From Polyangiales bacterium (lineage in GTDB: Bacteria; Myxococcota_A; Polyangia; Polyangiales; Ga0077539), in contig JBGARZ010000020.1 in the NCBI GenBank assembly GCA_044229975.1, positions 1 through 64,000 of the forward strand: a DNA stretch of 64,000 nt. Direction: 5' to 3'. The position numbers and the translations under genes were made by a program. Each line of letters opens with the position of its first letter. Within the stretch, counting starts at the first letter, position 1. This document shows, in pieces, positions 36,667 through 46,973 of the stretch. The notes beneath the pieces are model-generated. The model had not been told where the DNA came from and ran no database searches. It saw nothing but the letters and a program-made list of their open reading frames with translations.

Positions 36667-38822
36667 CAATCGACCCTCCGATACGCGGGGGACATCACGA
36701 CGGCGCGAACGAGCGAGCGGTAGCTGCGCCCGTGGGCCTCGAAGTCGCGCACGAGCGCGGGGAGCACATCTTCCGCCTCGGTCGGGCTCATCGGGCGGTT
36801 GAGCAGGCGTTCCCAGGTGGAGCGCACGGTGCACGACTGGAGCTCGCCGCTCGCGAGGGTCTCGGTCACGACGCTGGAGGGCCCGGTGTCGATGCGGCGC
36901 ACGTCCGCGGGGCTGCGGTAGAGGTACGTCTCGAGCGTTCCGAGGAAGGGCACCGCGTCGCCGTCGAGGGCGGTGGTGATGTAGTGGCGGCAGCGGTGCG
37001 GGCAGGCGGCGCCGGTGCACGACGCGCAGACCGGATCGAAGGTCGGGAAGTCGTCGGTGTTGAGGTAGTTGGTGCCGCGCTCGGCCCACCGTCCCCACGC
37101 CGCGCCGAGGGGCTCGATGGAGGCGTGGCAGTACTGGCAGCCGCAGCGGCGCGCGAGGTTCGCTTCGAGGTTGCACGAGTCCTCGGGCGGCGGCGGCGGG
37201 TCCGTCGACGGCTGAAACGGTCGACACAGAAAGGCCGTGCGGAAGCGGTTGATGCGCGCCCGGCGCGTGGCGAAGCGCGCGAGGAAGACGGGCGTCGTCA
37301 GCACGCCGCTGTGCTCCGGGTTGCGGAGGTAGGAGTGCCACTGCGGGTCGTCGATGGGCACGTCGGGCAGCGCCTCGGGCGGCGCCGACGGGCTGAAGTC
37401 GATCTCGCCCATCTGGCTGGTCTGGTAGCGGTTCATGAAGGCGAGCGCGCCGTTGGCGAGGCCGCGGCGGGTCGTGAAGATGGTCGCGTAGTCCTCGTCC
37501 TGGCCGACCACCGAGGCGACGATCTCCAGGGGCTCGCGGTTGAGTGATTCGAGCAGGTGCCCGAGCGTCGACGACAACCGCTGGAAGCTACCGGTGAAGG
37601 GGAAGCACGACGCGCCCTGCGGGCCGCACCCGCACGAGCTGTCCATGAAGATGCCGGGGCGACAGGGCAGCCGGGTGTTGAGGCTGACCGTGCGCTCCTG
37701 GGCCTGGTAGGCGCAGGTCTTCACCCAGTGCCCGCTGGCCCAGTACGGCTGCGTGAGCACCCAGCCCTCCTGGCGTATCTCCACGCGCGACTGAAACCGC
37801 ACCGAGACCCGGTTGTCGCAGGGGTTGACGACCTCGGTGTAGCCCGCGGGGCAGGCGTAGCCGGGGCCGTCGCCGGGCACCATCCGTCCGCCCACGAGCT
37901 TCGTCTTCGACTCGTAGTCGGCGCGCACGAACTCCCCGCCTGCCCCGGTGCCGACGTTGCGGCGGCAGTAGTTGGGGCACGTGCGGACGTCGTCGTAGGG
38001 GAGCGGGATGTCGCTCTCGTCGTAGTAGTACCGGCGCTGCCCCGTGCGCGCGGACGTGTAGTACGCGCGGTTGTCGCTGTCGTGCGGCCAACGGGTGCTG
38101 GAGGCGGCGACGCGCGCCGGGGGATACTCCACGTCGACGTCGCAGCCGATGTAGCTGTCGCCGCCGCGGAGCAGGCGGTCGCCGATGGCGGGGCCGCGGT
38201 CGAAGGTGGCAGGCAACGCCTGGGACTTGGCCACGCAGGCCGGGTCGGCGGGGTTGTAGGTCGCGTTGCGGACGAGGCAGCACGCCGGGTGGTTGGGGTT
38301 GGCGGGCGTGCAGCACGACGCCGCGGTGATGTGGTTGGGGTCGCCGACCGGCGGGCACACCGCCTCGTCCGAGCGGCGGTCCATCTCGCGCACCAGGCGC
38401 TCGGGGTTGATGTTGGAGTCGCTGAGCCCCGCGCTGGCGCCGTTGGTGCGCGGAGGAACCACCGCGAGGCACGCCCCGATGGTGAGCTGGAAGCCCGCCA
38501 TGCTCGGCCACAGGAGGTCGGCGTGCCATCGCTTCACCCGGTCGATGAAGCGCGTGTCGCGGAGCATCGCGTCGACCGTGGCGTCGGGCACCGACCCTTG
38601 CGCCTCGACGGCCCGGTACTCCTCGGGCGTGGGCGGTGCGCCGCGCAGGTCGAGGGAGAGCTGGCGGAGCAGTCGCGACGGCGTTGCCTCCGCCCCGGGG
38701 CACTCGGTCGACGCGGCGACCGCAGCGCGCGTCGGCGGGGCGTGGTCGACGCCCACGCAGGAGAGCGCGGCGAACAGCCCCACCCACAACCCCAGACGCC
38801 CCACCCCTGACATCGATCGCAT
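36666..38822 (-). CDS. DUF1549/DUF1588/DUF1585-like (PSCyt-type) Cys-rich lipoprotein with CxxCH
   Basis: LLRQLSLDLRG.PP; HSGVLTT..FL; CQYCH..IEPLG; C-terminal LVRAVVMSPAYR. Confidence 0.8.
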   Translation of the reverse strand: MRSMSGVGRLGLWVGLFAALSCVGVDHAPPTRAAVAASTECPGAEATPSRLLRQLSLDLRGAPPTPEEYRAVEAQGSVPDATVDAMLRDTRFIDRVKRWHADLLWPSMAGFQLTIGACLAVVPPRTNGASAGLSDSNINPERLVREMDRRSDEAVCPPVGDPNHITAASCCTPANPNHPACCLVRNATYNPADPACVAKSQALPATFDRGPAIGDRLLRGGDSYIGCDVDVEYPPARVAASSTRWPHDSDNRAYYTSARTGQRRYYYDESDIPLPYDDVRTCPNYCRRNVGTGAGGEFVRADYESKTKLVGGRMVPGDGPGYACPAGYTEVVNPCDNRVSVRFQSRVEIRQEGWVLTQPYWASGHWVKTCAYQAQERTVSLNTRLPCRPGIFMDSSCGCGPQGASCFPFTGSFQRLSSTLGHLLESLNREPLEIVASVVGQDEDYATIFTTRRGLANGALAFMNRYQTSQMGEIDFSPSAPPEALPDVPIDDPQWHSYLRNPEHSGVLTTPVFLARFATRRARINRFRTAFLCRPFQPSTDPPPPPEDSCNLEANLARRCGCQYCHASIEPLGAAWGRWAERGTNYLNTDDFPTFDPVCASCTGAACPHRCRHYITTALDGDAVPFLGTLETYLYRSPADVRRIDTGPSSVVTETLASGELQSCTVRSTWERLLNRPMSPTEAEDVLPALVRDFEAHGRSYRSLVRAVVMSPAYRRVD

Positions 38823-38928
38823 GAGCCGTTTCTCCCGTCGCTCCGCGACCTGTTGCGCCCGATCGGCGGTTGGTTCAGCCGGGACGCACATTCGCGTCCC
38901 GACCTTTACCCGCGCTGAAAATCGGCGT

Positions 38929-40491
38929 CTACGGCTGCGGCGTGGAGCCCCCGCGAGGCGCGCCCGCCGCCACGGCCAGCGCGTAGCGCGTCCAGTTGGG
39001 GTCACCGCGGTAGATGGTTCGGTTGACCTCCGCGCAGAGCAGGCCCTCGGCGGCCACGGTGCAGGCCCGTGAAGTGATGGTGTTCCGCTCTTCGAGGGTG
39101 ACGGCGTCGGCGGTGAACTCCGCGCGGTCGATCCATCCCCAGGCGCTGCCGGCGCGACCCGTGACGCGGGCGACACCGGCCGAGCGCAGCGCCGCGGCGA
39201 GCGTCGCGTCGCTGGTGTCGTGTTGGCCCTCGATGAAGCGCAGCACCGATGCGCGCGCCGCCGGGTCGCTGTACCGGACGGCCACCCACGTCGTGCCCAC
39301 CATCTGACCCGTGATGTCGGGAGCGCTGGCGGGTCGCAGCGAGAGGTCGACGGTCATCGATCCGCGGGGGCTGGCTTCGAGCCGCCACGCAAACGAGCTC
39401 CGGGGTGAGCTCGGCGTTCGCACCCGGAAGCCCACGGCGGCGAGGCGTTCGCGCACGCTGGCCTCATCGACGGCGCCGATCGCGCGCGCCGGGAGCGTCG
39501 CCACGACGGGCGCGACGGAGCCGGTGGCGGGTCGGTTGGAAAGCTCCTGCTCGGCCGCGGCTTCGTGGGCGGCGGCGCTGCGGGCGTAGCTCTCGTGCAC
39601 CTCGGCCCGGTGGGACTCGCGGAGCGAGAGCGCGACGGGAACGCTCGCGACGACGACCGCGGCCGCGACGCCGTGCGCGATGAGGGACACGCCGCGGGCC
39701 GACCCGACGGGCTGCGTGGGTGCGGCGAGGAGGGGATGGGTGAAGACGGCCCACCAGCGGTCGGCGCTGAGGGCGACGAAGAAGAGCGCCGGGGCGATGT
39801 GCCAGGAGACGCCGCGCTCCATGACGAGCAGAAACAGCATCGCCGTGAGGGCGACGGTGAGGAGCGACGTGACGATGGCGCGTGACCAGACACGGATGCG
39901 TTCGCTGGCGAGGGCAGGTCCCAGGATCGCCGGGTCGACGGGTGCTCCGACGAGGTGGAGGGTGATGGCGGCGAAGCGGTCGTAGCCGTGGAAGTACGAG
40001 GTGGAGTCGGCGAAGGGGCGCTCGGTCGGCGAGAGGTACAGCGTCGAGCGCAGCACCGTGTTGGTGGTGACGGTGCCGGTGTCGCGGTTGCGCCAGCGGC
40101 TCTTCTCCTGGGTGCGTCGGACGACGGGTCGCAGCGCATCGAAGGAGAGGTCGGCGCCGTTGGTGAGCCACCGCACGATGGACGCGCCGCGGGCCCGTCG
40201 GGTGCGCGGGTCGAGCACGAGCATCTTGCGGGTGAGGGCGAGGCCGGGGAGCAGGATCATCACGGCGAGCACCGCCTGGGGCACGCCCGCGAGGCTGGAG
40301 ACCAGCGCGCCGACGAGGGCGATCTCGACGACCATGCGATAGCCCCACGCGCCGGGGACGGCGACGACGACCGCGCCGACCGACGACGCAGCGGGGGCGG
40401 GCGCGTACGGGGGCGGTGCGGGCTGCTGGGCGTAGGGGTTGTAGGCGGGCTGCTGGTACGGCGGCTGGTGGGGAAACTGCTGGTTGTGCAT
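38929..40491 (-). CDS. Hypothetical multi-pass membrane protein with Gln/Pro/Tyr-rich N-terminus
   Basis: About five hydrophobic segments and a soluble C-terminal domain; GGAG RBS. Confidence 0.65.
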   Translation of the reverse strand: MHNQQFPHQPPYQQPAYNPYAQQPAPPPYAPAPAASSVGAVVVAVPGAWGYRMVVEIALVGALVSSLAGVPQAVLAVMILLPGLALTRKMLVLDPRTRRARGASIVRWLTNGADLSFDALRPVVRRTQEKSRWRNRDTGTVTTNTVLRSTLYLSPTERPFADSTSYFHGYDRFAAITLHLVGAPVDPAILGPALASERIRVWSRAIVTSLLTVALTAMLFLLVMERGVSWHIAPALFFVALSADRWWAVFTHPLLAAPTQPVGSARGVSLIAHGVAAAVVVASVPVALSLRESHRAEVHESYARSAAAHEAAAEQELSNRPATGSVAPVVATLPARAIGAVDEASVRERLAAVGFRVRTPSSPRSSFAWRLEASPRGSMTVDLSLRPASAPDITGQMVGTTWVAVRYSDPAARASVLRFIEGQHDTSDATLAAALRSAGVARVTGRAGSAWGWIDRAEFTADAVTLEERNTITSRACTVAAEGLLCAEVNRTIYRGDPNWTRYALAVAAGAPRGGSTPQP

Positions 40492-40616
40492 GGGGGTGGT
40501 ACTCCGGTCGGACGACGGCACCACAGGGTCGGAAGGCGCTGGTCTCAATCTCCCTCAAAGGACATCAACGGAGCGGCGTTGCGGGCGCCGCGGGTTGTGT
40601 GCGAACACCCGACGCC

Positions 40617-42119
40617 ATGTTCAAGAAGGTGCTGGTGGCCAACCGGGGTGAGATCGCGGTGCGGGTGATTCGCACGCTGCACGAGATGGGCATCGCCGCG
40701 GTGGCGGTGTACTCGGAGGCCGACCGGTCGGCGCTCCACGTGCGGATGGCCGACGAGGCGTGGCCGATCGGCCCGGCGCCCGCGCGCGAGTCGTACCTCG
40801 ACATCGGGAAGGTCATCGACGCGGCGAAGAAGTCGGGCGCCGAGGCGATCCACCCGGGCTACGGCTTCCTCTCGGAGAACCCCGATTTCGTCGACGCGTG
40901 CACGGTCGCGGGCCTGGTGTTCATCGGGCCGCCGTCGAGCGCGATGCGGGCCATGGGGAGCAAGCCCGCCGCGCGCGCGGTGATGAGCGCCGCGGGTGTT
41001 CCCGTGGTGCCCGGCGCCCAGCCCGGGAGCATCGAAGAACTCCTCGCCGCCGCCGATCGCGTGGGCTACCCCGTGATGCTGAAGGCCGCGGCGGGTGGCG
41101 GCGGCAAGGGCATGCGCGAGGTCGAACGCCCGGAAGACCTCCCGGCCGCCTTCGAGCGCGCGCAGAGCGAGGCGCTCAAGAGCTTCGGCGACGCGACGGT
41201 GTACCTGGAGAAGCTCGTGGTGCGCCCGCGGCACGTCGAGATCCAGGTGCTGGGCGATCGCGACGGCAACATCGTGCATGTGTTTGATCGCGACTGCTCG
41301 GTGCAGCGACGTCACCAGAAGGTGGTGGAGGAGGCGCCGTCGCCCGCGGTGTCCGCCGAACTCGTGAAGCGCATGGGCGAGGTGGCGGTGCGCGGCGCAC
41401 AGGCCGTGGGGTACTTCTCGGCGGGGACGTTTGAGTTCCTGCTGGGCGAGGACGGCAGCTTCTACTTCCTCGAAATGAACACCCGCCTTCAGGTGGAGCA
41501 CCCCGTCACCGAGCTCATCACGGGCCTCGACCTGGTGCGCGAGATGGTGCGCGTGGCCGACGGTCAGCCGCTGGGCTTCCAACAGAGCGACCTCATGCGA
41601 CGCGGTCATGCGATCGAGTGCCGCGTGTACGCGGAAGACCCGTCGAGCGGCTTTCTCCCGTCGCCGGGCCGCATCGAGAAGCTGCGGGTTCCGGGCGGTC
41701 CGGGCGTGCGCGATGACGGCGGCGCGTACCCGGGGTGCGAGATCAGCAGCTTCTACGACCCGCTCATCTCGAAGCTGAGCGTGTGGGCGCCCGACCGTCC
41801 TCGCGCGGTGGAGCGCATGGCGCGCGCGCTGCGGGAGTACGTGGTGACCGGCATCCGCACGAACCTCGCGTTCCACCAGCGGCTGATGGCGCACCCGGCG
41901 TTCATCAAGGGCGACTACGACACGGGGTTCATCGAGCGCTTCCGTGAGGAGCTGGTCGGGTACCCGGAGGTGGCGGTCGACGACGCGGAGGCGTGGGCGG
42001 TGGCGACGGCGCTGGCGGCGTCGCGGCTGGAGTCGACGCCGAAGGCCGCGACCGCGGAGGGAAGCGGCGGCGGTGGATTGTCGCCGTGGGTGCTGACCGA
42101 GCGGGGTCGGTGGTCGTGA
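40617..42119 (+). CDS. accC: Acetyl/propionyl-CoA carboxylase, biotin carboxylase subunit
   Basis: LVANRGEIA, HPGYGFLSEN, GGGGKGMR, RDCSVQRRHQK, EMNTRLQVEH; no biotinyl domain. Confidence 0.93.
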   Translation: MFKKVLVANRGEIAVRVIRTLHEMGIAAVAVYSEADRSALHVRMADEAWPIGPAPARESYLDIGKVIDAAKKSGAEAIHPGYGFLSENPDFVDACTVAGLVFIGPPSSAMRAMGSKPAARAVMSAAGVPVVPGAQPGSIEELLAAADRVGYPVMLKAAAGGGGKGMREVERPEDLPAAFERAQSEALKSFGDATVYLEKLVVRPRHVEIQVLGDRDGNIVHVFDRDCSVQRRHQKVVEEAPSPAVSAELVKRMGEVAVRGAQAVGYFSAGTFEFLLGEDGSFYFLEMNTRLQVEHPVTELITGLDLVREMVRVADGQPLGFQQSDLMRRGHAIECRVYAEDPSSGFLPSPGRIEKLRVPGGPGVRDDGGAYPGCEISSFYDPLISKLSVWAPDRPRAVERMARALREYVVTGIRTNLAFHQRLMAHPAFIKGDYDTGFIERFREELVGYPEVAVDDAEAWAVATALAASRLESTPKAATAEGSGGGGLSPWVLTERGRWS

Positions 42120-43195
42120 AGCTGCGTCGACTCGACATCGGGGATTTCCGAGGTATCGAGCGGTTCTCGTGGGCGCCGGGTGACCTCACGGTGCTGACCG
42201 GCCCCAACGCCGACGCGGTGTGTGCGACGGCGCTGCACTACAGCAACACGGCGCGGGGGTGGGGAGCGTTTGCGGAGGGCTTCGCCGAGGAGCCGCCGCA
42301 CCCGAAGGCGCGCTTCGTCGAGGGCTTCGCGGAGACCCGCTGGTACGCGTGCCTGACGCCCCAGGAGGGCGAGTCGCTCGACTTCGGGTATGAACTGATG
42401 CTGGAGCGCATCGAGGAGAACAACGGCTGGGCGATCGTGTACGAGCGCTTCACCCAGCAGGACGACTTCGACCTCACAGAACTCCTCGAACGTCAGGGGT
42501 CGCGCGTGGTGTTCACGCCGTCGCCGAAGGGCCCTGTGCGGGCGGGGATGAAGCCGCCGAAGGAGGAGGTCACGCGGGTGGCGGACGACATGTCCGCGCT
42601 CGGGGCGCTGCCGATCTTCTACAACGACAAGCGCATCCAGCCGTACGCGGAGTACTTCGAGGGCTGGTGCTGGCACCGGCGCATCGATCCGTCGGCGGCG
42701 GGCGCGCCGCGGCGCTTCGAGGCGGTGAAGGCGTATCACGACCGTCTCACGGCGGACGGCCGCAACCTGGTGAACACGCTGTACAGCCTGTGGGGCATCG
42801 AGCAGGTGAAGACGCCGGTGCTGGCGGGCCTGCGGGTGCTCGACGCGACGGTGGAAGACCTCGGGTTTCCGGCGGAGCCCGATGGGAGCCGGATGAGTCT
42901 GACGCTGAAGCACGAGGGCGGACGGGTGACGGAGCTCGCGGCGATGACGGACGCGACGGTGGCGTGGCTGCTACGGGGCGCGATGCTGTGCGGCGTGTGG
43001 CTGGCACCGCTGCTCATCATCGACGCGGTGGAGGAGGGCCTACCGACGGAGCTGACGGGGCCGCTGGCGGCGATGCTGCACGGGGCGGCGAAGCGTACGC
43101 AGGTGGTGCTGACGGGGGTGTCGGAGGCGCTGGACGCGGCGCTGACCGAGGCGTTCGTGGGGGATGGGCCGACGCTGGTGCGGACGGTGGTGTAG
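42116..43195 (+). CDS. AAA_21/ABC-type ATPase-like protein with degenerate catalytic motifs
   Basis: FRGIE..LTVLTGPN start and LTADGRNL..L motif are typical; Walker A, signature and Walker B are altered. Confidence 0.7.
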   Translation: MKLRRLDIGDFRGIERFSWAPGDLTVLTGPNADAVCATALHYSNTARGWGAFAEGFAEEPPHPKARFVEGFAETRWYACLTPQEGESLDFGYELMLERIEENNGWAIVYERFTQQDDFDLTELLERQGSRVVFTPSPKGPVRAGMKPPKEEVTRVADDMSALGALPIFYNDKRIQPYAEYFEGWCWHRRIDPSAAGAPRRFEAVKAYHDRLTADGRNLVNTLYSLWGIEQVKTPVLAGLRVLDATVEDLGFPAEPDGSRMSLTLKHEGGRVTELAAMTDATVAWLLRGAMLCGVWLAPLLIIDAVEEGLPTELTGPLAAMLHGAAKRTQVVLTGVSEALDAALTEAFVGDGPTLVRTVV

Positions 43196-43208
43196 CGGGG
43201 GCGAGAGG

Positions 43209-43694
43209 CTACGAGCGGTTGCGCTCGGCGAGCGTCGCGCGGAGTTCGGGGAGCACGGCGAGGTCTTTGGAGCGACCCGCTTGCTCCTTCACGCGGATCA
43301 GGCGAGCCAACTCCAGGATGCGGATCGGCATGCCGTCGACGTCGATGATCCGGCTGTCATCCAGAACGTCCTCGTAAGCCGTGTTGGTCTCGATGGTGCC
43401 GAGCGCGTCGAGCACCCCGAGCTTCGTGTTGAACAGCGCGTGTCCCGGAGCCATCAGGTGGGATTCGTTGGGGCGAAGCCGATGAGAGTCCGTGCGAAAC
43501 GTGGCGTCGAGTTCGGTGAGCGCCGCGACAAGACGGTGTACGTTCTCTGGCGTTCGGTGGTGGAGGATGTCGAGGTCGAGCGTGTTGATCGGTGCCCCGT
43601 TGAGCACTGCCGCGACGCCGCCGACCACGACGAACTCCACATCGTGTCGCACCAGCACGCGGAGCATCTCAACGAGGGGGAAGCTTCCAGGCAT
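43209..43694 (-). CDS. Putative nucleotidyltransferase (Pol-beta superfamily)
   Basis: VVVGGVAAVLNG..TLDLDI, G.LD, LIRVKEQAGRSKDL. Confidence 0.8.
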   Translation of the reverse strand: MPGSFPLVEMLRVLVRHDVEFVVVGGVAAVLNGAPINTLDLDILHHRTPENVHRLVAALTELDATFRTDSHRLRPNESHLMAPGHALFNTKLGVLDALGTIETNTAYEDVLDDSRIIDVDGMPIRILELARLIRVKEQAGRSKDLAVLPELRATLAERNRS

Positions 43695-43869
43695 CACGCA
43701 TCTTGTTGGCGAGGTACATGTGCCCCTGGAGCATCTCGAGTCGCTGGAGCGGGGTAAGTGCCAGCGACCATCGGATGAGCGTCAGGTCGACGCCGTCCTC
43801 GTTGACCAACGGCAGCGCCGTCTCGTCGTTGCCGACCTCCCCTTCGGTCGTCTTGTGCTCGTCGCTCAT
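43669..43869 (-). CDS. Small protein overlapping the nucleotidyltransferase (putative antitoxin/partner)
   Basis: 66 aa, GVDLTLIRWSLALTPLQRL; GGAGG upstream; overlaps the NTase start. Confidence 0.7.
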   Translation of the reverse strand: MSDEHKTTEGEVGNDETALPLVNEDGVDLTLIRWSLALTPLQRLEMLQGHMYLANKMRDAWKLPPR

Positions 43870-44092
43870 GTTTGGCCAGCATACCTCCAAACGCCACCTT
43901 CGACGGAGCCCATGGTGTTGGGCGCGCGCCCCTTCGGGTGAGGCTGGTGACTGACGACGCGGCGGTCGTACCCCGCCCCCACCTCCGCCCGTCGCACCCG
44001 CCGTCCGACCCACCGCATCAACTTGCCCACCGGCCCGGCGTTTGGTGTACGGTCCGCGCCTCGCGATCAGTACCGCTGGCGTTGCAGGGTGA

Positions 44093-44121
44093 TTGACACC
44101 CCTTGGCGACGCCGCTAGACC
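44093..44121 (+). promoter_or_regulatory. Housekeeping sigma (SigA/sigma70) promoter of the nuo operon
   Basis: TTGACA (44093-44098), 17-nt spacer, TAGACC (44116-44121); GGAG RBS and GTG start at 44141 follow. Confidence 0.65.
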
Positions 44122-44140
44122 GTCGCGCCGCGGAGCACCT

Positions 44141-44512
44141 GTGCAGCAAGGACTCACCCAGGCTTACGGCCCCATCTTCCTCATCATCGGGTTCTCGCTC
44201 TTCGTGGCGGCCGCGATGTTCACCCTGGCCACCATCATCGGGCCGAAAAACCCGACCGCTGGCAAGGACGCTCCCTTCGAGGCCGGCAACCCCTCCACAG
44301 GTACCAGCCACGTCAAGCTGTCGGTGAAGTTCTATCTCACCGCGATTCTGTTCGTCGTGTTCGATATCGAAGCCATCTTCCTCTACCCCTGGGCGGTCCT
44401 CTTCCAGCGCCTCGGGTGGGTCGGGCTCGCGGAGATGCTGGTGTTCATCACCGTGCTCTCGGCCGGACTCGTCTACTGCTGGAAGAAGGGAGCCCTCGAA
44501 TGGCAGACCTGA
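44141..44512 (+). CDS. nuoA: NADH-quinone oxidoreductase subunit A
   Basis: PFEAG, KFYLTAILFVVFDIE, LYPWA, KKGALEW. Confidence 0.95.
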   Translation: MQQGLTQAYGPIFLIIGFSLFVAAAMFTLATIIGPKNPTAGKDAPFEAGNPSTGTSHVKLSVKFYLTAILFVVFDIEAIFLYPWAVLFQRLGWVGLAEMLVFITVLSAGLVYCWKKGALEWQT

Positions 44513-45078
44513 CCTCGAACCTCGAAACCCGAACCATCGGCGGGGGCGAGTCCGGCTTCGTCACCACCAAGCTCGACGCCCTCCTCAACTGGGCCCGCAA
44601 GTACTCGCTGTTCCAGTACCCCTTCGCGACGGCGTGCTGCGGCATGGAGTTCTTCTCCACCGCGTCGCCCCGCTACGACATCGCCCGCTTCGGCGCCGAG
44701 GCCCCGCGCTTCTCGCCCCGCCAGAGCGACGTCCTCTGGGTGGTCGGAACCATCTCCCAGCGCCAGGCCCCCGTGCTGCGCCGCGTGTACGAGCAGATGA
44801 CCGAGCCCAAGTGGGTCGTCGCCTTCGGAACGTGCGCCTCGTGCGGCGGCTTCTACGACAACTACGCGACCGTCCCGGGCATCGACAAGATCATCCCCGT
44901 CGACGTGTTCATCCCCGGCTGCCCGCCGCGCCCCGAGGCCGTGCTCGACGGTCTCATGCTCCTGCAAGAGCGCATCGGCCGCGGCGACCGCACCCCCGAG
45001 ACCCTCAAGAACACCGCCCTCCCCGAAGGCGCCGAGGAGTCCCTGGAAAAGCTCTACCAGATCCGCATGAAGCCCTGA
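44500..45078 (+). CDS. nuoB: NADH-quinone oxidoreductase subunit B
   Basis: ATACCGME, RFSPRQSD, PKWV..GTCASCGG, IPGCPPRPE. Confidence 0.97.
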   Translation: MADLTSNLETRTIGGGESGFVTTKLDALLNWARKYSLFQYPFATACCGMEFFSTASPRYDIARFGAEAPRFSPRQSDVLWVVGTISQRQAPVLRRVYEQMTEPKWVVAFGTCASCGGFYDNYATVPGIDKIIPVDVFIPGCPPRPEAVLDGLMLLQERIGRGDRTPETLKNTALPEGAEESLEKLYQIRMKP

Positions 45079-45086
45079 GAGAGTCG

Positions 45087-45668
45087 ATGTCCAAGCTCAT
45101 TCTCGAACGCCTCAAGGCCCAGTTCGGCGACGACATCATCGAGGTCAGCAGCTTCCGCGGCGACGACGTCGCCCTGGTGAAGCCCGCCCGCTGGCTCGAC
45201 GTCGCGCGCTTCGTCCACGACGACCCGCGCTGCGCCTGCACCTACTTCGTCGACCTGTCGGCCGTCGACCTGTGCGACCCGCGCACCGACGAGCTCGACA
45301 TGGACGACCGCTTCGAGGTGTACGTCATCGCGTACTCCGTCGAGCTCAAGCACCGCGTCCGCATCAAGACCCGCCTGCCCGGCGACGAGCCCCGCCTCGC
45401 CACGGTCATCCCCGTGTGGAGCGGCGCCAACTGGATGGAGCGCGAGGTCTTCGACATGTACGGCGTGCACTTCGAGGGTCACCCCGACGAGCGCCGCATC
45501 CTCACGTACGACGAGTTCAAGGGTCACCCCCTCCGCAAGGACTACCCCGCCAACCGCGCGCAGCCGTTGGTCGAGTACCGCGAAGGAACCTTCAACAAGC
45601 TCGGGCCCTTTCTCCAGGACGAGGGCATGCCCCTCAACCGCACGTCGCTCGCCGACGAGCGCAACTAA
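45087..45668 (+). CDS. nuoC: NADH-quinone oxidoreductase subunit C
   Basis: ANWMEREVFDMYG..FEGHPD.RRIL, GHPLRKDYP. Confidence 0.96.
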   Translation: MSKLILERLKAQFGDDIIEVSSFRGDDVALVKPARWLDVARFVHDDPRCACTYFVDLSAVDLCDPRTDELDMDDRFEVYVIAYSVELKHRVRIKTRLPGDEPRLATVIPVWSGANWMEREVFDMYGVHFEGHPDERRILTYDEFKGHPLRKDYPANRAQPLVEYREGTFNKLGPFLQDEGMPLNRTSLADERN

Positions 45669-45710
45669 GACCTCCCTTCCCCTTCCCAACGACCTGGAGC
45701 CAGCACCCTC

Positions 45711-46943
<1,233 letters not shown>

Positions 46944-46973
46944 TCGTTCTTCAGAACTTCAGAGAGACGATCG

